DNA of 63,207 bases, the filler included, from Stramenopiles sp. TOSAG23-3 (lineage: Eukaryota): assembly GCA_900128585.1 (NCBI GenBank). It is 5 parts of 5 records of this genome, joined end to end, with 100 filler letters (N's around TTAATTAATTAA, not from the genome) between each part and the next. Parts side by side here need not be neighbours in the genome. Positions count along the whole stretch, not along the records: positions 1 to 19,662 come from LT642395.1; positions 19,763 to 39,404 come from LT642396.1; 3 more parts are not named here. One strand, given 5' to 3'. Below, piece after piece: positions 9,736 to 20,414 of the stretch (position 1 is the stretch's first letter; every line of letters begins with the position of its first letter). Both the position numbers and the translations under genes were made by a program. The notes under the pieces were generated by a model that was given only the letters and a program-made list of their open reading frames with translations, was not told the DNA's origin and did not search any database.

Positions 9736-12417
9736 ATGGGCTATTTGTTTCGGTTGGTTTTACTCTGTCTTTTTGCGCCGCTTTGCTTTGCGAATACCGA
9801 GCGTAATGGTGAGGATGTTGAGCATCCGCGCTTATACTTTTCAAAGCATGATTTGGGGCACTTGCGTGGCAAGAAATCAAACCCATTTTTTGCTGGCGTT
9901 CTCCAGCAATACGAAGCCGCGCTCGAGCATAAACTCAACTATAGTGCTGGTGGAATAATGGTTGACGTTGAAAACGGACCAGGGACACGGCTTCAACTAG
10001 CGACGACGCTGTATCTTCTCCAATATGGGAACTATAGCTACTGGGGGAATGTTGCAAAGCAGGATTTGTACAAAAAAGTCATCGCGCTTACTCCTGCTAC
10101 TGGAAATTGGTTTGCCGGTAGCGAGCGCAACCTCGAACAGTATATCGCTTCCTACGATGTTCTTGCGGCCCTGTTCAGCCCCGAAGAAGCTCGTGCCATG
10201 GAAGCGTCGTTTTCACTCAATGCAAACTATATGTACAGTGGCATCGGGGTGTCCCCAGACATGGCATCCCGTTTGATGAATCCGGCGGCGGATCGGTTAG
10301 CTGCGGTTGGCTTGATTGCGCTCACATTTCCAAACCAGCCGAATGCTACCGAGTGGTTGGACCAATCGCTTTTTGAATTCAAATGGATGCTAGAAAATGG
10401 GGTGATGGAGGATGGCCAGTGGCACGAGCCCACGACAAGGTACCATGGCCGAGTTCTGGCCGCATTTATTCCATTTGCGTACGCACTTCGGCAGGCAGGC
10501 ATTATGGACCCATTTGTCGACATTGAAAACTTCAAGAAGTATGTCGGGTGGTACCGCCACGTGCAGACACCTCCCGATTCTACATTAGGGGGTTGCGCCC
10601 TTACGCCTGCGCTGTCGGATGGGAATTGGGAACTGGTCTGGTCGGTGACACTGGGTTGGGCTGCCGCAGCGTACGTTCAAACCGACCCTACGTACGCAGC
10701 CCAGTTGTGGGAAGCTTGGGAGCGGGCATGTGCTCCAATGGGGTTAGAACCGTCTCCACCGGCGCAGCTTACTTCGCTTCTGTTTATCGGCTGTGTTCAC
10801 GAAGGGGAGTGTTCAGATAGGTTCGTGGCGCCCTTCTCCTCGCTGTCGCGCAACGCCCCAATAAGCACGCCGCGGCAGTCCACCATGCTGACAGGGTACG
10901 CCGTCTTGGAGCAGCCTGCGATGAAGAGCCGCCCTTACTTTCTGATGTCCACCAGCACCCAGCGACAGACGGAAGGCCACGAACACCCCGATCGAGGTTC
11001 ATTTTCTTTGTACTCGCACCAGACGCCAATTGTGCTTGATCCCGGAGTTGGCTGGTGTGGGTACAATTGGTTCGGGACAATCCCCACAAGCCGGGCGAAT
11101 GGGACAGCGTTCGACAAAGGACTTCAGTTTGGAGCATGGTACAGGGGTTCGCAGAGTCATTCGATGGTGAACTTTGCGAAAGAGGGTCCAGGAATTCTTC
11201 CGGAAAACAAGACCTGGCGCCCCCCCGGGGCGTATGGGCACGAATGGGGGCTTCGTGGCGCCGCGTGGGTGCAATCGAACGTTTTCTCCAGTGCCCTTGA
11301 TTATGTCGATGTCAACATCACTCGCGCCGTGCAAGCGAGCCAGCTTGGGGGAGTCCAGGGTTACCACCGTCGCGTTTTTGCGAACCGGCGAGATGGGTCC
11401 TATTTGCTGTGGGATGCCATTGAGGCGCCACTCGAAGACTGCTCTCAGGCGACTTACAATTTGCACGTAGTCACGCAATTGGGGTGGCCTGGACAAGTAG
11501 GTTGCCACACCTTGTCCGATACCCGCTTTGGCGCTACGAACCTTGAATGCACAGCATTGAATGACCTGCGTTTCGATGTGACAGTGCTTCAACCTTCGAA
11601 CGCGGTGGAGGAAAACTTGCTTCATCTTGAAGCGGACCCTTTGCCTGTCCAATTCACTGGGATGACTGGGAGCGCTGGGCATGCACCAGGTATGAGGGCC
11701 GTAGGGGGTGCGCTTGGGGGGGACTGGAATGCGCCAGGAAATTTGCCCCCTAAGGAGCCTCACTGGGCCCCACGAACCCCGACCTGGATCCGTATAAATG
11801 GGGGGAAGGCGTCATGCAACGGGTTCCTTACACTGCTTCATGCCCGCAAGCCTGCAGAAGCCAAGGCCACTGTGGAGTCTTTTGAAGAGCTTCCCGGTGG
11901 ATCTTTCCGAATAACAGTTGCCGGAGAATCGGGGGGAACGCTGTACTTGTTGGGACAGCAGGAGCAGGTGGAGGGTGTTGCCGGGGTAGTAGGGTGGGGC
12001 GCCGATGGCCACAAGCAGTTGGACCACGCGGAGTTGGTGCAGGGAACCTGGCTCAGCGCACCGAAGAGTTCGTTTCGCATAAGCGCTTCGTTGAAAGTGT
12101 CGCTTACGATAAAGTCGCCATCCGATGAACAGTATGTCTTGAGAGTGCACGGACCCTCCTCTGAGCCAGTTGTTATAAACATTACAGTCCCCTGGGCGTC
12201 CCCTCCAAAACAAGTGAACGTTTGGCGTGGCGCGCATGTATGGCATGTTACGAACAACACGTTAAACAGCGGTTCCATAGAGCCAGCACTAGTCTTTGAA
12301 GTTTTGCCAGGCTTGGATTACCTTATAGAACGGCAATGTTATAGGAGCCCGAAGGCTGGATACCACGATGGGAAAGGGGGGTGGTTGTGCAACACTGCAG
12401 AGAAAAATGAACTGTAA
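9736..12417 (+). CDS. Secreted heparinase II/III-like polysaccharide lyase
   Basis: Signal peptide; HPRLYF N-terminal motif; DGQWHEPTTRYH; GHEHPDRGSFSLY..PIVLDPG; SHSMV; 893 aa, intronless. Confidence 0.75.
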   Translation: MGYLFRLVLLCLFAPLCFANTERNGEDVEHPRLYFSKHDLGHLRGKKSNPFFAGVLQQYEAALEHKLNYSAGGIMVDVENGPGTRLQLATTLYLLQYGNYSYWGNVAKQDLYKKVIALTPATGNWFAGSERNLEQYIASYDVLAALFSPEEARAMEASFSLNANYMYSGIGVSPDMASRLMNPAADRLAAVGLIALTFPNQPNATEWLDQSLFEFKWMLENGVMEDGQWHEPTTRYHGRVLAAFIPFAYALRQAGIMDPFVDIENFKKYVGWYRHVQTPPDSTLGGCALTPALSDGNWELVWSVTLGWAAAAYVQTDPTYAAQLWEAWERACAPMGLEPSPPAQLTSLLFIGCVHEGECSDRFVAPFSSLSRNAPISTPRQSTMLTGYAVLEQPAMKSRPYFLMSTSTQRQTEGHEHPDRGSFSLYSHQTPIVLDPGVGWCGYNWFGTIPTSRANGTAFDKGLQFGAWYRGSQSHSMVNFAKEGPGILPENKTWRPPGAYGHEWGLRGAAWVQSNVFSSALDYVDVNITRAVQASQLGGVQGYHRRVFANRRDGSYLLWDAIEAPLEDCSQATYNLHVVTQLGWPGQVGCHTLSDTRFGATNLECTALNDLRFDVTVLQPSNAVEENLLHLEADPLPVQFTGMTGSAGHAPGMRAVGGALGGDWNAPGNLPPKEPHWAPRTPTWIRINGGKASCNGFLTLLHARKPAEAKATVESFEELPGGSFRITVAGESGGTLYLLGQQEQVEGVAGVVGWGADGHKQLDHAELVQGTWLSAPKSSFRISASLKVSLTIKSPSDEQYVLRVHGPSSEPVVINITVPWASPPKQVNVWRGAHVWHVTNNTLNSGSIEPALVFEVLPGLDYLIERQCYRSPKAGYHDGKGGWLCNTAEKNEL

Positions 12418-12494
12418 GCGTAAATATTTTGCAACTTGAGAGCAGTGTAATAATCCAAGGCCGATTTAAAAACCTTCGCTAAATATGATATCTC

Positions 12495-13847
12495 TCACTT
12501 CTCTACTTTTGATTCTTTCTTCGGTGATGAGGGGGCGCTTTCTGCCCGCACAGGGGTCTCCGCGCCCCCATCGTTATCTTCCGGGTCTGCTGTGCTTCCA
12601 CCAGCCCACACTGCAGCGGCAAGCTTCTTCGCCCTTTTCTTTATCTTGGTCTTCTTCTTTTTCTTCCTGGACTTGGATTTGCTGGGAGAGCCTGTCTTTT
12701 TGGGAGAGGAGGTTCCGACCGATCTATTCCGGGAGGGCGAGGACCGCTTCGGGCTCAATGCTTTGCCGTCACCGTCTGTTTTGCTCTGTGCTACCTTCTT
12801 TGGTTGCCCCCCATACTTGTCAATGAAATTTTTTGGAAGTTTACCACAGCCTGCATACGTTTCAAAAATTGACTGAGAATCCTTTGCGTATTTATTTACA
12901 TTGCCCTCCAGTTTATCCCAGAGTTTTGCATTCATCTTCAGCACGCGCCACTGGATTTCGTCTTGGCTGTACATGTCCCTTCCAAACGGCAAGCCCAGGT
13001 AAACATAGTGCAGGGTGTGGTAGCACTCCTCGTACGACTTTTTGTAGTCGTTCAAAAGGTCTCCCAGGGACTTGAATGTTAGTGGCTTGTACATTAATGT
13101 GTCCTTGCGACTCAGGCCGATCGCCCCCCACTTTCCCGTGGATGACCTGATCCCTAGCACGATGTGCTCAAAAAAATGCCCCTCTACGTTCGAGCGGAAC
13201 GCGATCGGCATTCGGAACGCACTTTTCATGTCATTGGTCAGGTATACCCCCATGAAAACCGCCTCGATGCACTTTATTGGCAAAGGGTTGGCGATGATCT
13301 CTTTGGCTGTCCTGGCTATCCGGTACATCCCTTGCGTCTTTCTTACGTCGTAGTAGCTCGGGCGGTCGGTATGGTTGTATTCAAACCCTTCGATGTACTT
13401 TTGAATTCTAAAAATATTTGTATCCAATTCTGCGTGGTTTAACGCTGGCAGCACAGGCGCCTTTGGCGCAGATGGGACATCAGACCTTGCGGTTGCGTTT
13501 ATTTTGTTTATCAACGCTCTGAGCTGCTTCTCCGTCGTTGGCATGCGTTTCATCCCAAAGTGTTTTAATACCTTCTGGGCGTGCAGCGACAAGCCGTCGA
13601 AATCGGGTATAAAGTCTAAGTGCGACGGCTGGGCGGCAGCGTTCGACGGTGTCACTGGCGTAGGGGACGCCGGAGAAATGTTCTTCTCTGCAGATATTTC
13701 CGCCATCGCATCGATCGTAACCGAATCCGGCGATTGCACAGCATCTGATACAGTGGGAGTCTTAGGGGACACCAGGGCCTCCTCATCTTCTCCTGTGTCC
13801 ACCGAGGCCGGGGCCACCTGAGGCAGAGGCGGGTTGCTTTCCGACAT
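12495..13847 (-). CDS. VASH: Vasohibin-family tubulinyl-Tyr carboxypeptidase
   Basis: IQKYIEGFEYNHT, PLPIKCIEAVFMGVYLT (catalytic Cys), HIVLGI (His), GKWGAIGLSRKDTLMYKPLTF; ATG at 13847. Confidence 0.92.
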   Translation of the reverse strand: MSESNPPLPQVAPASVDTGEDEEALVSPKTPTVSDAVQSPDSVTIDAMAEISAEKNISPASPTPVTPSNAAAQPSHLDFIPDFDGLSLHAQKVLKHFGMKRMPTTEKQLRALINKINATARSDVPSAPKAPVLPALNHAELDTNIFRIQKYIEGFEYNHTDRPSYYDVRKTQGMYRIARTAKEIIANPLPIKCIEAVFMGVYLTNDMKSAFRMPIAFRSNVEGHFFEHIVLGIRSSTGKWGAIGLSRKDTLMYKPLTFKSLGDLLNDYKKSYEECYHTLHYVYLGLPFGRDMYSQDEIQWRVLKMNAKLWDKLEGNVNKYAKDSQSIFETYAGCGKLPKNFIDKYGGQPKKVAQSKTDGDGKALSPKRSSPSRNRSVGTSSPKKTGSPSKSKSRKKKKKTKIKKRAKKLAAAVWAGGSTADPEDNDGGAETPVRAESAPSSPKKESKVEK

Positions 13848-14274
13848 CAAAAGATGACGGTGCCGTTCAGCAGTAGTTGCAGTCGAATAACTATCCTTCT
13901 CCAGTCTATTCTAACATGCACACCCAAAAAGAACACGAACTGCTTTTTATCCAAGCCGATTCTTCCTTTTCCCATTCCTTTCAATTTGTTTCAATTATAA
14001 ATAGATGTTATCGTCAGGTAATATATATAAACAATCGATTCGAAGTATTGATGACTTTTAGTTATTTGGTTGTTTCTTTTTTTTCTTTCTTCTTCTTCTT
14101 CTTTGTTGTATAGTTTTTCATTACTTATTAATGGTATTTCTATATAAAGTTAGTAACGGTCGATGGGTGATTTATTACAGCAGTATTATTAATAATACTT
14201 CTTTTTGCTTCTTCTTTTTTTTTGTTTTTTTATTATTATATTTTTAAAAAATTATTATTTTAATTCTTCTTCTC

Positions 14275-14355
14275 TTCCTTCTTTCCTTCTTTCCTTCTTT
14301 CCTTCTTTCCTTCTTTCCTTCTTTCCTTCTTTCCTTCTTCTTTCCTTCTTTCCTT
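14275..14355. repeat. Pyrimidine-rich (TTCC/TTTC) low-complexity repeat
   Basis: Direct reading. Confidence 0.8.
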
Positions 14356-14899
14356 CTATTTTTTCCTTCTATTTTTTTCTTCTTCTTTTTTTCTTCTTCT
14401 TTTTTTCTTCTTCAGATTTCAGATAAATAATTAAATAATAGTAGTAATATAATATACACACAGCATACCGCGACAGGTAGCATGGACGGACGAGGCATAA
14501 TAAAATATAGAACTAAAAGAGGGACGACAGAGGAGGAGGAGGGGCGACGGAGAAAAAAGAAGAAAAAAACAAACAAAACAAATCTTTATTTTATTTATTT
14601 ATATTAAAATTAAATAATTAGCCGTCCTTCCAGATGCTATTAAAGGTACCAAATATTATTACGTACAACAATCCCAATTTTTTCTTCTTCTTCTTCTTCT
14701 TCTTGCTTCTTCTTCTACTACTACCTTGGTATTACTATCTTTATTACCGTAATTGTACAAATACATTACTTTCGAACGACACTCGGAATGATGATTAACG
14801 GGGAACTTCTTATCAAAGAATCCTTTACATATTTTAAAAAGAAGTAAACGTTGACTCAAACAAACACGCACACACACACACACACGGAATACTTCAAAA

Positions 14900-16717
14900 A
14901 TGGCTGCACAGTTGAACGAGAACAAGTCCGTTCTGAAGGACGATGCAGTCTTTGGACTTCTTTCTAAGCTAACAGAGCTTGGCCAAGGCCACCTGTTCGA
15001 AAGTTGGCCTGCGCCAGGTTCGAACGACGATGATAAGAGAAGATTGGCCAGCCAGCTGAGCGAGTTAAACTCACAGTACCCTGGCGGCTTGGAAAGCTAT
15101 ATTGCCAACGCAAAGAAGCTGCTCGCAGAGTCAGCAAAGGGGGCGAACCCCTACGAAGGATTTACCCCAAAGGTCCCCGCGGGGGAACGCTTGACCTTTG
15201 GTTCAGAGGAGTTCCACGTGGCCGAAGAGGCTGGAATGGGCGCCATAAAGGACGCCGCTTTTGTCCTGGTCGCAGGAGGGCTTGGGGAACGCCTCGGGTA
15301 CAATGGCATAAAGGTTGAGCTCCCGACTGAACTGGTCACGGAGAGCTGCTATTTGGAGTACTACTGTCGGTACATCCTTGCGCTGCAGAAGCGTGCGGGG
15401 GACGACAATGTCCAGCTGCCCCTTTGCATCATGACGTCTGGGGATACCCATGCAAAAACTGTGGACCTGCTGGAGCGCTTCAACAATTTCGGCATGGAGG
15501 AAGGACAAATTACCATCGTCAAGCAGGAGAAAGTTCCTGCGCTGATCGACGCCAGCGGTCGGTTTGCGGTGGACGAGATCGACCCGTTTTCGGTCAGCAC
15601 GAAACCGCACGGGCACGGAGACGTCCATACACTGATTCACATGAGCGGCACGGCGAAAAAGTGGGCCAGCGAGGGAAGAAAGTGGGCAGTGTTTTTCCAA
15701 GACACCAACGGCCTCGTCTTTCGGTCTGTCCCAGCTGCGCTGGGGGTGAGCGTCCGGAATAGTTTCGCGCTGAACTCCTTGACGGTGCCCCGGAAGCCGG
15801 GAGAAGCGGTGGGTGGAATCTGCAAGTTGGAGAGCAACGGCGATGGGGGCAGCTCTTCGGTCACCATCAACGTCGAGTACAACCAGCTCGACCCGCTCCT
15901 GCGCTCGACGGTCAACCCAAACGGAGACGTTGCAGACGACACTGGTTTTTCTCCGTACCCAGGAAACATTAACGTACTCCTGTTCAACATCCCTACGTAC
16001 GCAAGCGTACTGGAGGAAACTGGGGGCGCCATCCCTGAATTTGTCAACCCAAAGTACAAGGAGGGTTCTCGGACAGAGTTCAAAAAGCCCACCCGGCTGG
16101 AGTGCATGATGCAGGAGTTTCCAAAGCTGTTCAAGCCAGAGCACCAAGTAGGCTTTACCCAGATGGAGCGATGGATGTCCTTTTCCGCCGTGAAGAACAA
16201 CCCGAAAGACGCGCTGGCCAAGTTCAACAAAACCGGGTTTGCCGAGAGTGCATGCGCCGGCGAGGCAGATTTCTACAGGACCAACCGAAAACTTTTAAAC
16301 TCGTTTGGCGTGAACGTGGTCGTGGAGGCTTCAACGCGCAACTTTTTGGACATTCCTACGAACATTGGTGCCAAGGTGGTCCTTTCTCCCCAATTTGGTG
16401 TGACCGTCGCGGAGCTGAAGGGGCGGTTCCCGTCTGCCGACTGTGTGTCTATATCTAGTAAATCGACCCTCGTGTTGGATGGGGACATAACCGTTGAGTC
16501 GTTGGAGTTGGATGGCGCGCTTATTGTACGGGCGTTGGAAGGAGCAAAAGTTGTCATCAAGAAGCTCAAAGTGGACAACAAAGGCTGGGAGTTTGAAGAT
16601 CTGCCAGCCGACACCGAGCACCCAGAGATTCTTAGGATACGGGGGTACTCGTTGGCCAAAAGGGAGCAGCGTGTCATCGAGTTCAAAGAAAGCGGAGAAT
16701 TTGTCGTTGAAGAGTGA
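14900..16717 (+). CDS. USP: UDP-sugar pyrophosphorylase
   Basis: FVLVAGGLGERLGYNGIKV, KPHGHGDVH, FFQDTN, INVEYNQLDPLL, FSPYPGNIN, PEFVNPKYK, TRLECMMQ. Confidence 0.95.
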   Translation: MAAQLNENKSVLKDDAVFGLLSKLTELGQGHLFESWPAPGSNDDDKRRLASQLSELNSQYPGGLESYIANAKKLLAESAKGANPYEGFTPKVPAGERLTFGSEEFHVAEEAGMGAIKDAAFVLVAGGLGERLGYNGIKVELPTELVTESCYLEYYCRYILALQKRAGDDNVQLPLCIMTSGDTHAKTVDLLERFNNFGMEEGQITIVKQEKVPALIDASGRFAVDEIDPFSVSTKPHGHGDVHTLIHMSGTAKKWASEGRKWAVFFQDTNGLVFRSVPAALGVSVRNSFALNSLTVPRKPGEAVGGICKLESNGDGGSSSVTINVEYNQLDPLLRSTVNPNGDVADDTGFSPYPGNINVLLFNIPTYASVLEETGGAIPEFVNPKYKEGSRTEFKKPTRLECMMQEFPKLFKPEHQVGFTQMERWMSFSAVKNNPKDALAKFNKTGFAESACAGEADFYRTNRKLLNSFGVNVVVEASTRNFLDIPTNIGAKVVLSPQFGVTVAELKGRFPSADCVSISSKSTLVLDGDITVESLELDGALIVRALEGAKVVIKKLKVDNKGWEFEDLPADTEHPEILRIRGYSLAKREQRVIEFKESGEFVVEE

Positions 16718-17762
16718 ACCAATGATTGCTGTAGGAGGTACTCTTAAAAATAGAGCATCATGCACTAGATTTTTGACTTTATTGAAGTTCATAATCTGAG
16801 CAACCCGCTAAACAAAGAAAACATTTAGTGAGCTTTTCAAAAAAGAGGTTCCATCATTATTTATTACAATGTGCTGTATTATACTCACAATGAGAGTATT
16901 GCTTAGTGCTACTATAAATTTAATAAATTTGTATCTTTTAGTCGTCTAATAATAAAATATTCCATCATTTATATCTACTATCATTAATAATTATTTCCCA
17001 TACTAAATATATATATTATATTATACTCCTCTGACAAAAAGGCTATTTTATTTTAACCCAAATAATAATATTATAGACACTATAAATAAACAACAAGAAG
17101 AAGAAAAGAAAAAAGAAGAAAGAAAGAAAAATAAATAAATAAATACCGTTAAAGAGGCTTCGGCTACATCTAAATATTATTAAATACATAACTATAGCAA
17201 AGAGATAATAAAAATGAGAAGAAAGAAAGAAAGGAAAGAAATTATTATTATTACCACAACATCATCAACATATTTTAATTATCATCCTCCATTCTCCCTC
17301 CTGCTGTATAGTTGTTGTTCGTTGTTTTAATTACTTGCTACTACGGGTAATAGACTCCATCGCATCGTCTTTCAAAAAAACAAAAACAAAAAAAAGAAGA
17401 ATTCATCTTCTATTATTATCTGCTGGGAGGAAGAAAAGAACTAGAAATAGAAGGAACACAAGGAGAAGATACAAAAGAAAAGAAACAAAAAGAAAAAAAG
17501 GAAAAAAAGAATAATAATAAATAAAACAACAACGAACCCTTTCACCTTTCACACGCACTACATCATACCAAGGTAAGAAGAAGAAGAAGAACTTGTTGTG
17601 TTTTTCATTTTCCTTTCGTACGAGTTAAAGTAAAACTGTATTTTTATATTTCAGCAAACGAATCACAAGAAAGGAGTATTATTAAGTATCAAAAACGATC
17701 ATTCACCCAGTCACACTTTTTATTTCAATAAGCCAAACGTACACGAACGAACCAAGTTAGCC

Positions 17763-18371
17763 ATGCAGTTTTCCTCCAACTCTTTTGCCAACGGTGCCAA
17801 CCAAAATTGTGGCAACGTAATCTCGAACCGCTCCTCCACGCGCTTGCACGCACCCCCTGGGGGGCGCTCGACTGCGGGCTCGTTGATTTTTGGCGGTGGC
17901 GCCCCTGCACCAGCACAGGGCGTATCCAGCAACCGGTTCGCTAATGGGTCCAACCAGAACTGCGGGAACTTCATGACGGGGCGCTCCTCCACACGGCTCC
18001 ACGCTCCCCCTGGCGGCTCCTCCCAAGCGGGAAACCTGATCTTCGGGGGCGGCGCGGCCGACACCCACCAGCGCACCACTGGCCGCAGACACATAGCGCA
18101 GCCAACGGGGACTGCAAAAATGCCAATGCAACCGGTAGAAACCAATGTACAAAGTGCACCCATCCAAGCCATGGCCTCCAAACAGCAGTACGAAGCCCCG
18201 CCGGCCGCGTCCGCGCCGGCAGCCCACTCGACCGGCAGTCGGAGTGGCGGCGTCTCCGCCAACAGGTTCGCCAACGGTGCCAACCAGAACTGTGGAAACT
18301 TCCTCACTGGCCGCCCAACGTCTAGGGTCCTTGCCCCTCCCGGTGGCAAGAGCAGCGGTCCGTTGTGGTAA
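17763..18371 (+). CDS. SPIRAL1-like microtubule-associated protein with three tandem motifs
   Basis: Three copies of SN.FANG.NQNCGN...R.(S/T).R...PPGG, matching the plant SPR1 C-terminal motif (GQNCGNF.T.RPST.V...PGGG). Confidence 0.7.
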   Translation: MQFSSNSFANGANQNCGNVISNRSSTRLHAPPGGRSTAGSLIFGGGAPAPAQGVSSNRFANGSNQNCGNFMTGRSSTRLHAPPGGSSQAGNLIFGGGAADTHQRTTGRRHIAQPTGTAKMPMQPVETNVQSAPIQAMASKQQYEAPPAASAPAAHSTGSRSGGVSANRFANGANQNCGNFLTGRPTSRVLAPPGGKSSGPLW

Positions 18372-18894
18372 TCACCCCCTCGCAGGCCCGCGGGCCTGTT
18401 TACAAAGAAAGCAACGAAACGATTGGCTTGTCACCTTTTGTTTTGTTTTTCTTGTTGCTTTCTCCGAACGATGTTCCCTGCAGTATGCAATGTCAAGCTC
18501 ACATGGAAATGTATTTTTGAATAGCCAAATAAAATTAGGAAATCGGCCCGAGGGCCGGTAAAACTAGCTGCGTTGTGCGAGGGCGATGCGTGTTGCTCCT
18601 CCTCCCATATGTGCAACATTAAGGAAGATTGATATTTTTGTACTCATACACCTTAGGCATGTCCGCCGGGACCTCTTGGCTTATGTGAGAAAACGTGAGA
18701 TAGATGTCTCACAAGGTGTGTAAGCGCGTTAAAAAACATTTTCTTCACCGAAGTACGATATAAAAACCAAAATATATAGTACGATATATGTAATAAAATA
18801 TATAAATGCGTCTTATAAGCAGTTTTTACATTTAAATTGTGGTACGAACTTCATGTTGCGAGATTTGCAAATTTCTTCGTACGAACTGCAGTAC

Positions 18895-19662
18895 CTAGAG
18901 CGCGGGCATGGACTGGTGCTGCCGCTCCATTTGCTCCAACCGTTTCGCTAGGCGAGTCACCTTTTTCTTCCGCTTACCGCCACGCTTCTTTCGGACCACC
19001 CGCTTCTTCTTCTTGCGGTATGCACTCGACGCGCTGTCCAGGGCGCGATAGTCGCTCCCGGCCGATACCGACCTTGAGAGCCCCAGCATTTGCTCGCTTC
19101 CTAGGGGAGATTCCAAGAGTTTCCGTGGGTCGTCGTCCGCCATCAAAACCTTCGGGGTCCGAGGCAGGTACCGGGAGTTCATGTTGCTCCGTGACAGCAC
19201 CGCGCTCAGGGAGCCCTGGGTGTGCGACCGCAAGTCGACTTCGCTCATGTTCCGCATGAAATTTTTGCGGGTCTGGTCCATCCGGGCCCGCAAGCCGACG
19301 CCAAGCCCCGGCTGGGGTAAAAGGGGGGACGGCATCGAACCCTGGACCGGGTTAAACTTGATCTTTGGGGGCTCGTGAAACTGGTCGTGGGGTTTCGGGC
19401 GATTCGACAACGAGCGGTCGGCAAACTCCTTCCTGGCCCACTTCTTTTGGGCCAGGCGCCGGGACAGCCGCCGCGCACTCTTTTCCTTCTCCGACGCCAC
19501 CGTCGGGACGAAGAAAGGGCCGTGGACGACCGAGGGCGCAATCCGGGGAGCAATCATGATGCTGGCCTTGTTCGGCACTGCGTACCACGAGTGCCCGGTG
19601 CCTTTCTGCTTGCGCTTCGGAGCGGCCGCGGCTTGCGGCACAGGCGCTGTTTGGGGCTGCTG
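18895..19662 (-). CDS. Basic, low-complexity hypothetical protein, 5'-truncated by the assembly gap
   Basis: GC-rich frame stays open from the gap edge (QQPQTAPVPQAAA..) to the stop at 18895; no family recognised. Confidence 0.55.
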   Translation of the reverse strand, partial: QQPQTAPVPQAAAAPKRKQKGTGHSWYAVPNKASIMIAPRIAPSVVHGPFFVPTVASEKEKSARRLSRRLAQKKWARKEFADRSLSNRPKPHDQFHEPPKIKFNPVQGSMPSPLLPQPGLGVGLRARMDQTRKNFMRNMSEVDLRSHTQGSLSAVLSRSNMNSRYLPRTPKVLMADDDPRKLLESPLGSEQMLGLSRSVSAGSDYRALDSASSAYRKKKKRVVRKKRGGKRKKKVTRLAKRLEQMERQHQSMPAL

Positions 19663-19762
19663 NNNNNNNNNNNNNNNNNNNNNNNNNNNNNNNNNNNNNN
19701 NNNNNNTTAATTAATTAANNNNNNNNNNNNNNNNNNNNNNNNNNNNNNNNNNNNNNNNNNNN
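19663..19762. other. Artificial contig linker (N44-TTAATTAATTAA-N44), followed by a 31-nt poly-G run (19763-19793)
   Basis: Identical 100-nt structure occurs four times; the 12-mer gives stops in all six frames. Confidence 0.95.
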
Positions 19763-19793
<31 letters not shown>

Positions 19794-19838
19794 CTATTTA
19801 ATTTAATTTAGTAAAAAAGGCCTTATTCAATGGTCCAT

Positions 19839-19858
19839 ACAAGAAAATTGGCTGTTAT
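19839..19858 (+). repeat. Dispersed 20-nt element copy A, ACAAGAAAATTGGCTGTTAT
   Basis: Identical to copies at 37468 (+) and 56559 (-); any upstream gene is lost in the gap. Confidence 0.8.
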
Positions 19859-19961
19859 ATGTGGCGAAATATTACGGCGGCTTGGGCGGCCGTAATCAAC
19901 TTCACCCCGTGCGTCGTGGGAGAAAGTGCTAGCGTGGCACAGGCAGGTTCTTATTGTTTTC

Positions 19962-20069
19962 TTACTATACAAATATATATAGGTAAATTGTATAAGTACA
20001 ATATAAAAAGTTTTTGCGATAAACGCGTGTTGTACTTGTAATATTTGCCTATATAAATCCGTATAGCAA
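19962..20069. repeat. Imperfect inverted repeat, 40-nt arms, 28-nt loop
   Basis: 19962-20001 versus the reverse complement of 20030-20069: 32/40 identical by manual alignment. Confidence 0.7.
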
Positions 20070-20414
20070 AAAATGCCCCCAAAAAAGTTAGTCGGTGCTC
20101 TGTGGCTGGACATTTGCGCCTAGTGAAAAAGTACAGGCAATAGCAGACCACCACTTCACCGATTTTCGGATCTAATAATTCAAAATTAGTAGGAAAAAAG
20201 GAAGAAGAGTGTGGTGTAGAGTAACAAAACTCAGCAAAAAAATCACATGTGTAATAATATAATTTAGAATATGTATTAAAGTAATACATTTTAGAAACAG
20301 AACAGGAATATTGAGACGGGTGAATTAAATTGTGTGTCTATACCGTTTTCAAGAATTTTGATAAGAATAGTTTCTGTCTTGTATATTTTTGTTCAAACGA
20401 GCCAAACGGTCAAG

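Noticed and set aside
17573-17654. Possible 82-nt 5'-UTR intron (AG|GTAAG..TTTCAG) upstream of the SPR1-like gene
   Set aside because: Plausible but cannot be supported without transcripts.
6135-18371. Apparent cytoskeletal gene cluster (NudC, coactosin, vasohibin, SPR1-like)
   Set aside because: Interleaved with unrelated enzymes on mixed strands; chance is sufficient.
19707-19718. Palindromic TTAATTAATTAA flanked by N runs, four times
   Set aside because: Identical 100-nt construct with six-frame stops: an assembly linker, not biology.
19763-19793. 31-nt poly-G tract (G-quadruplex candidate)
   Set aside because: At a contig edge; likely a sequencing artefact.
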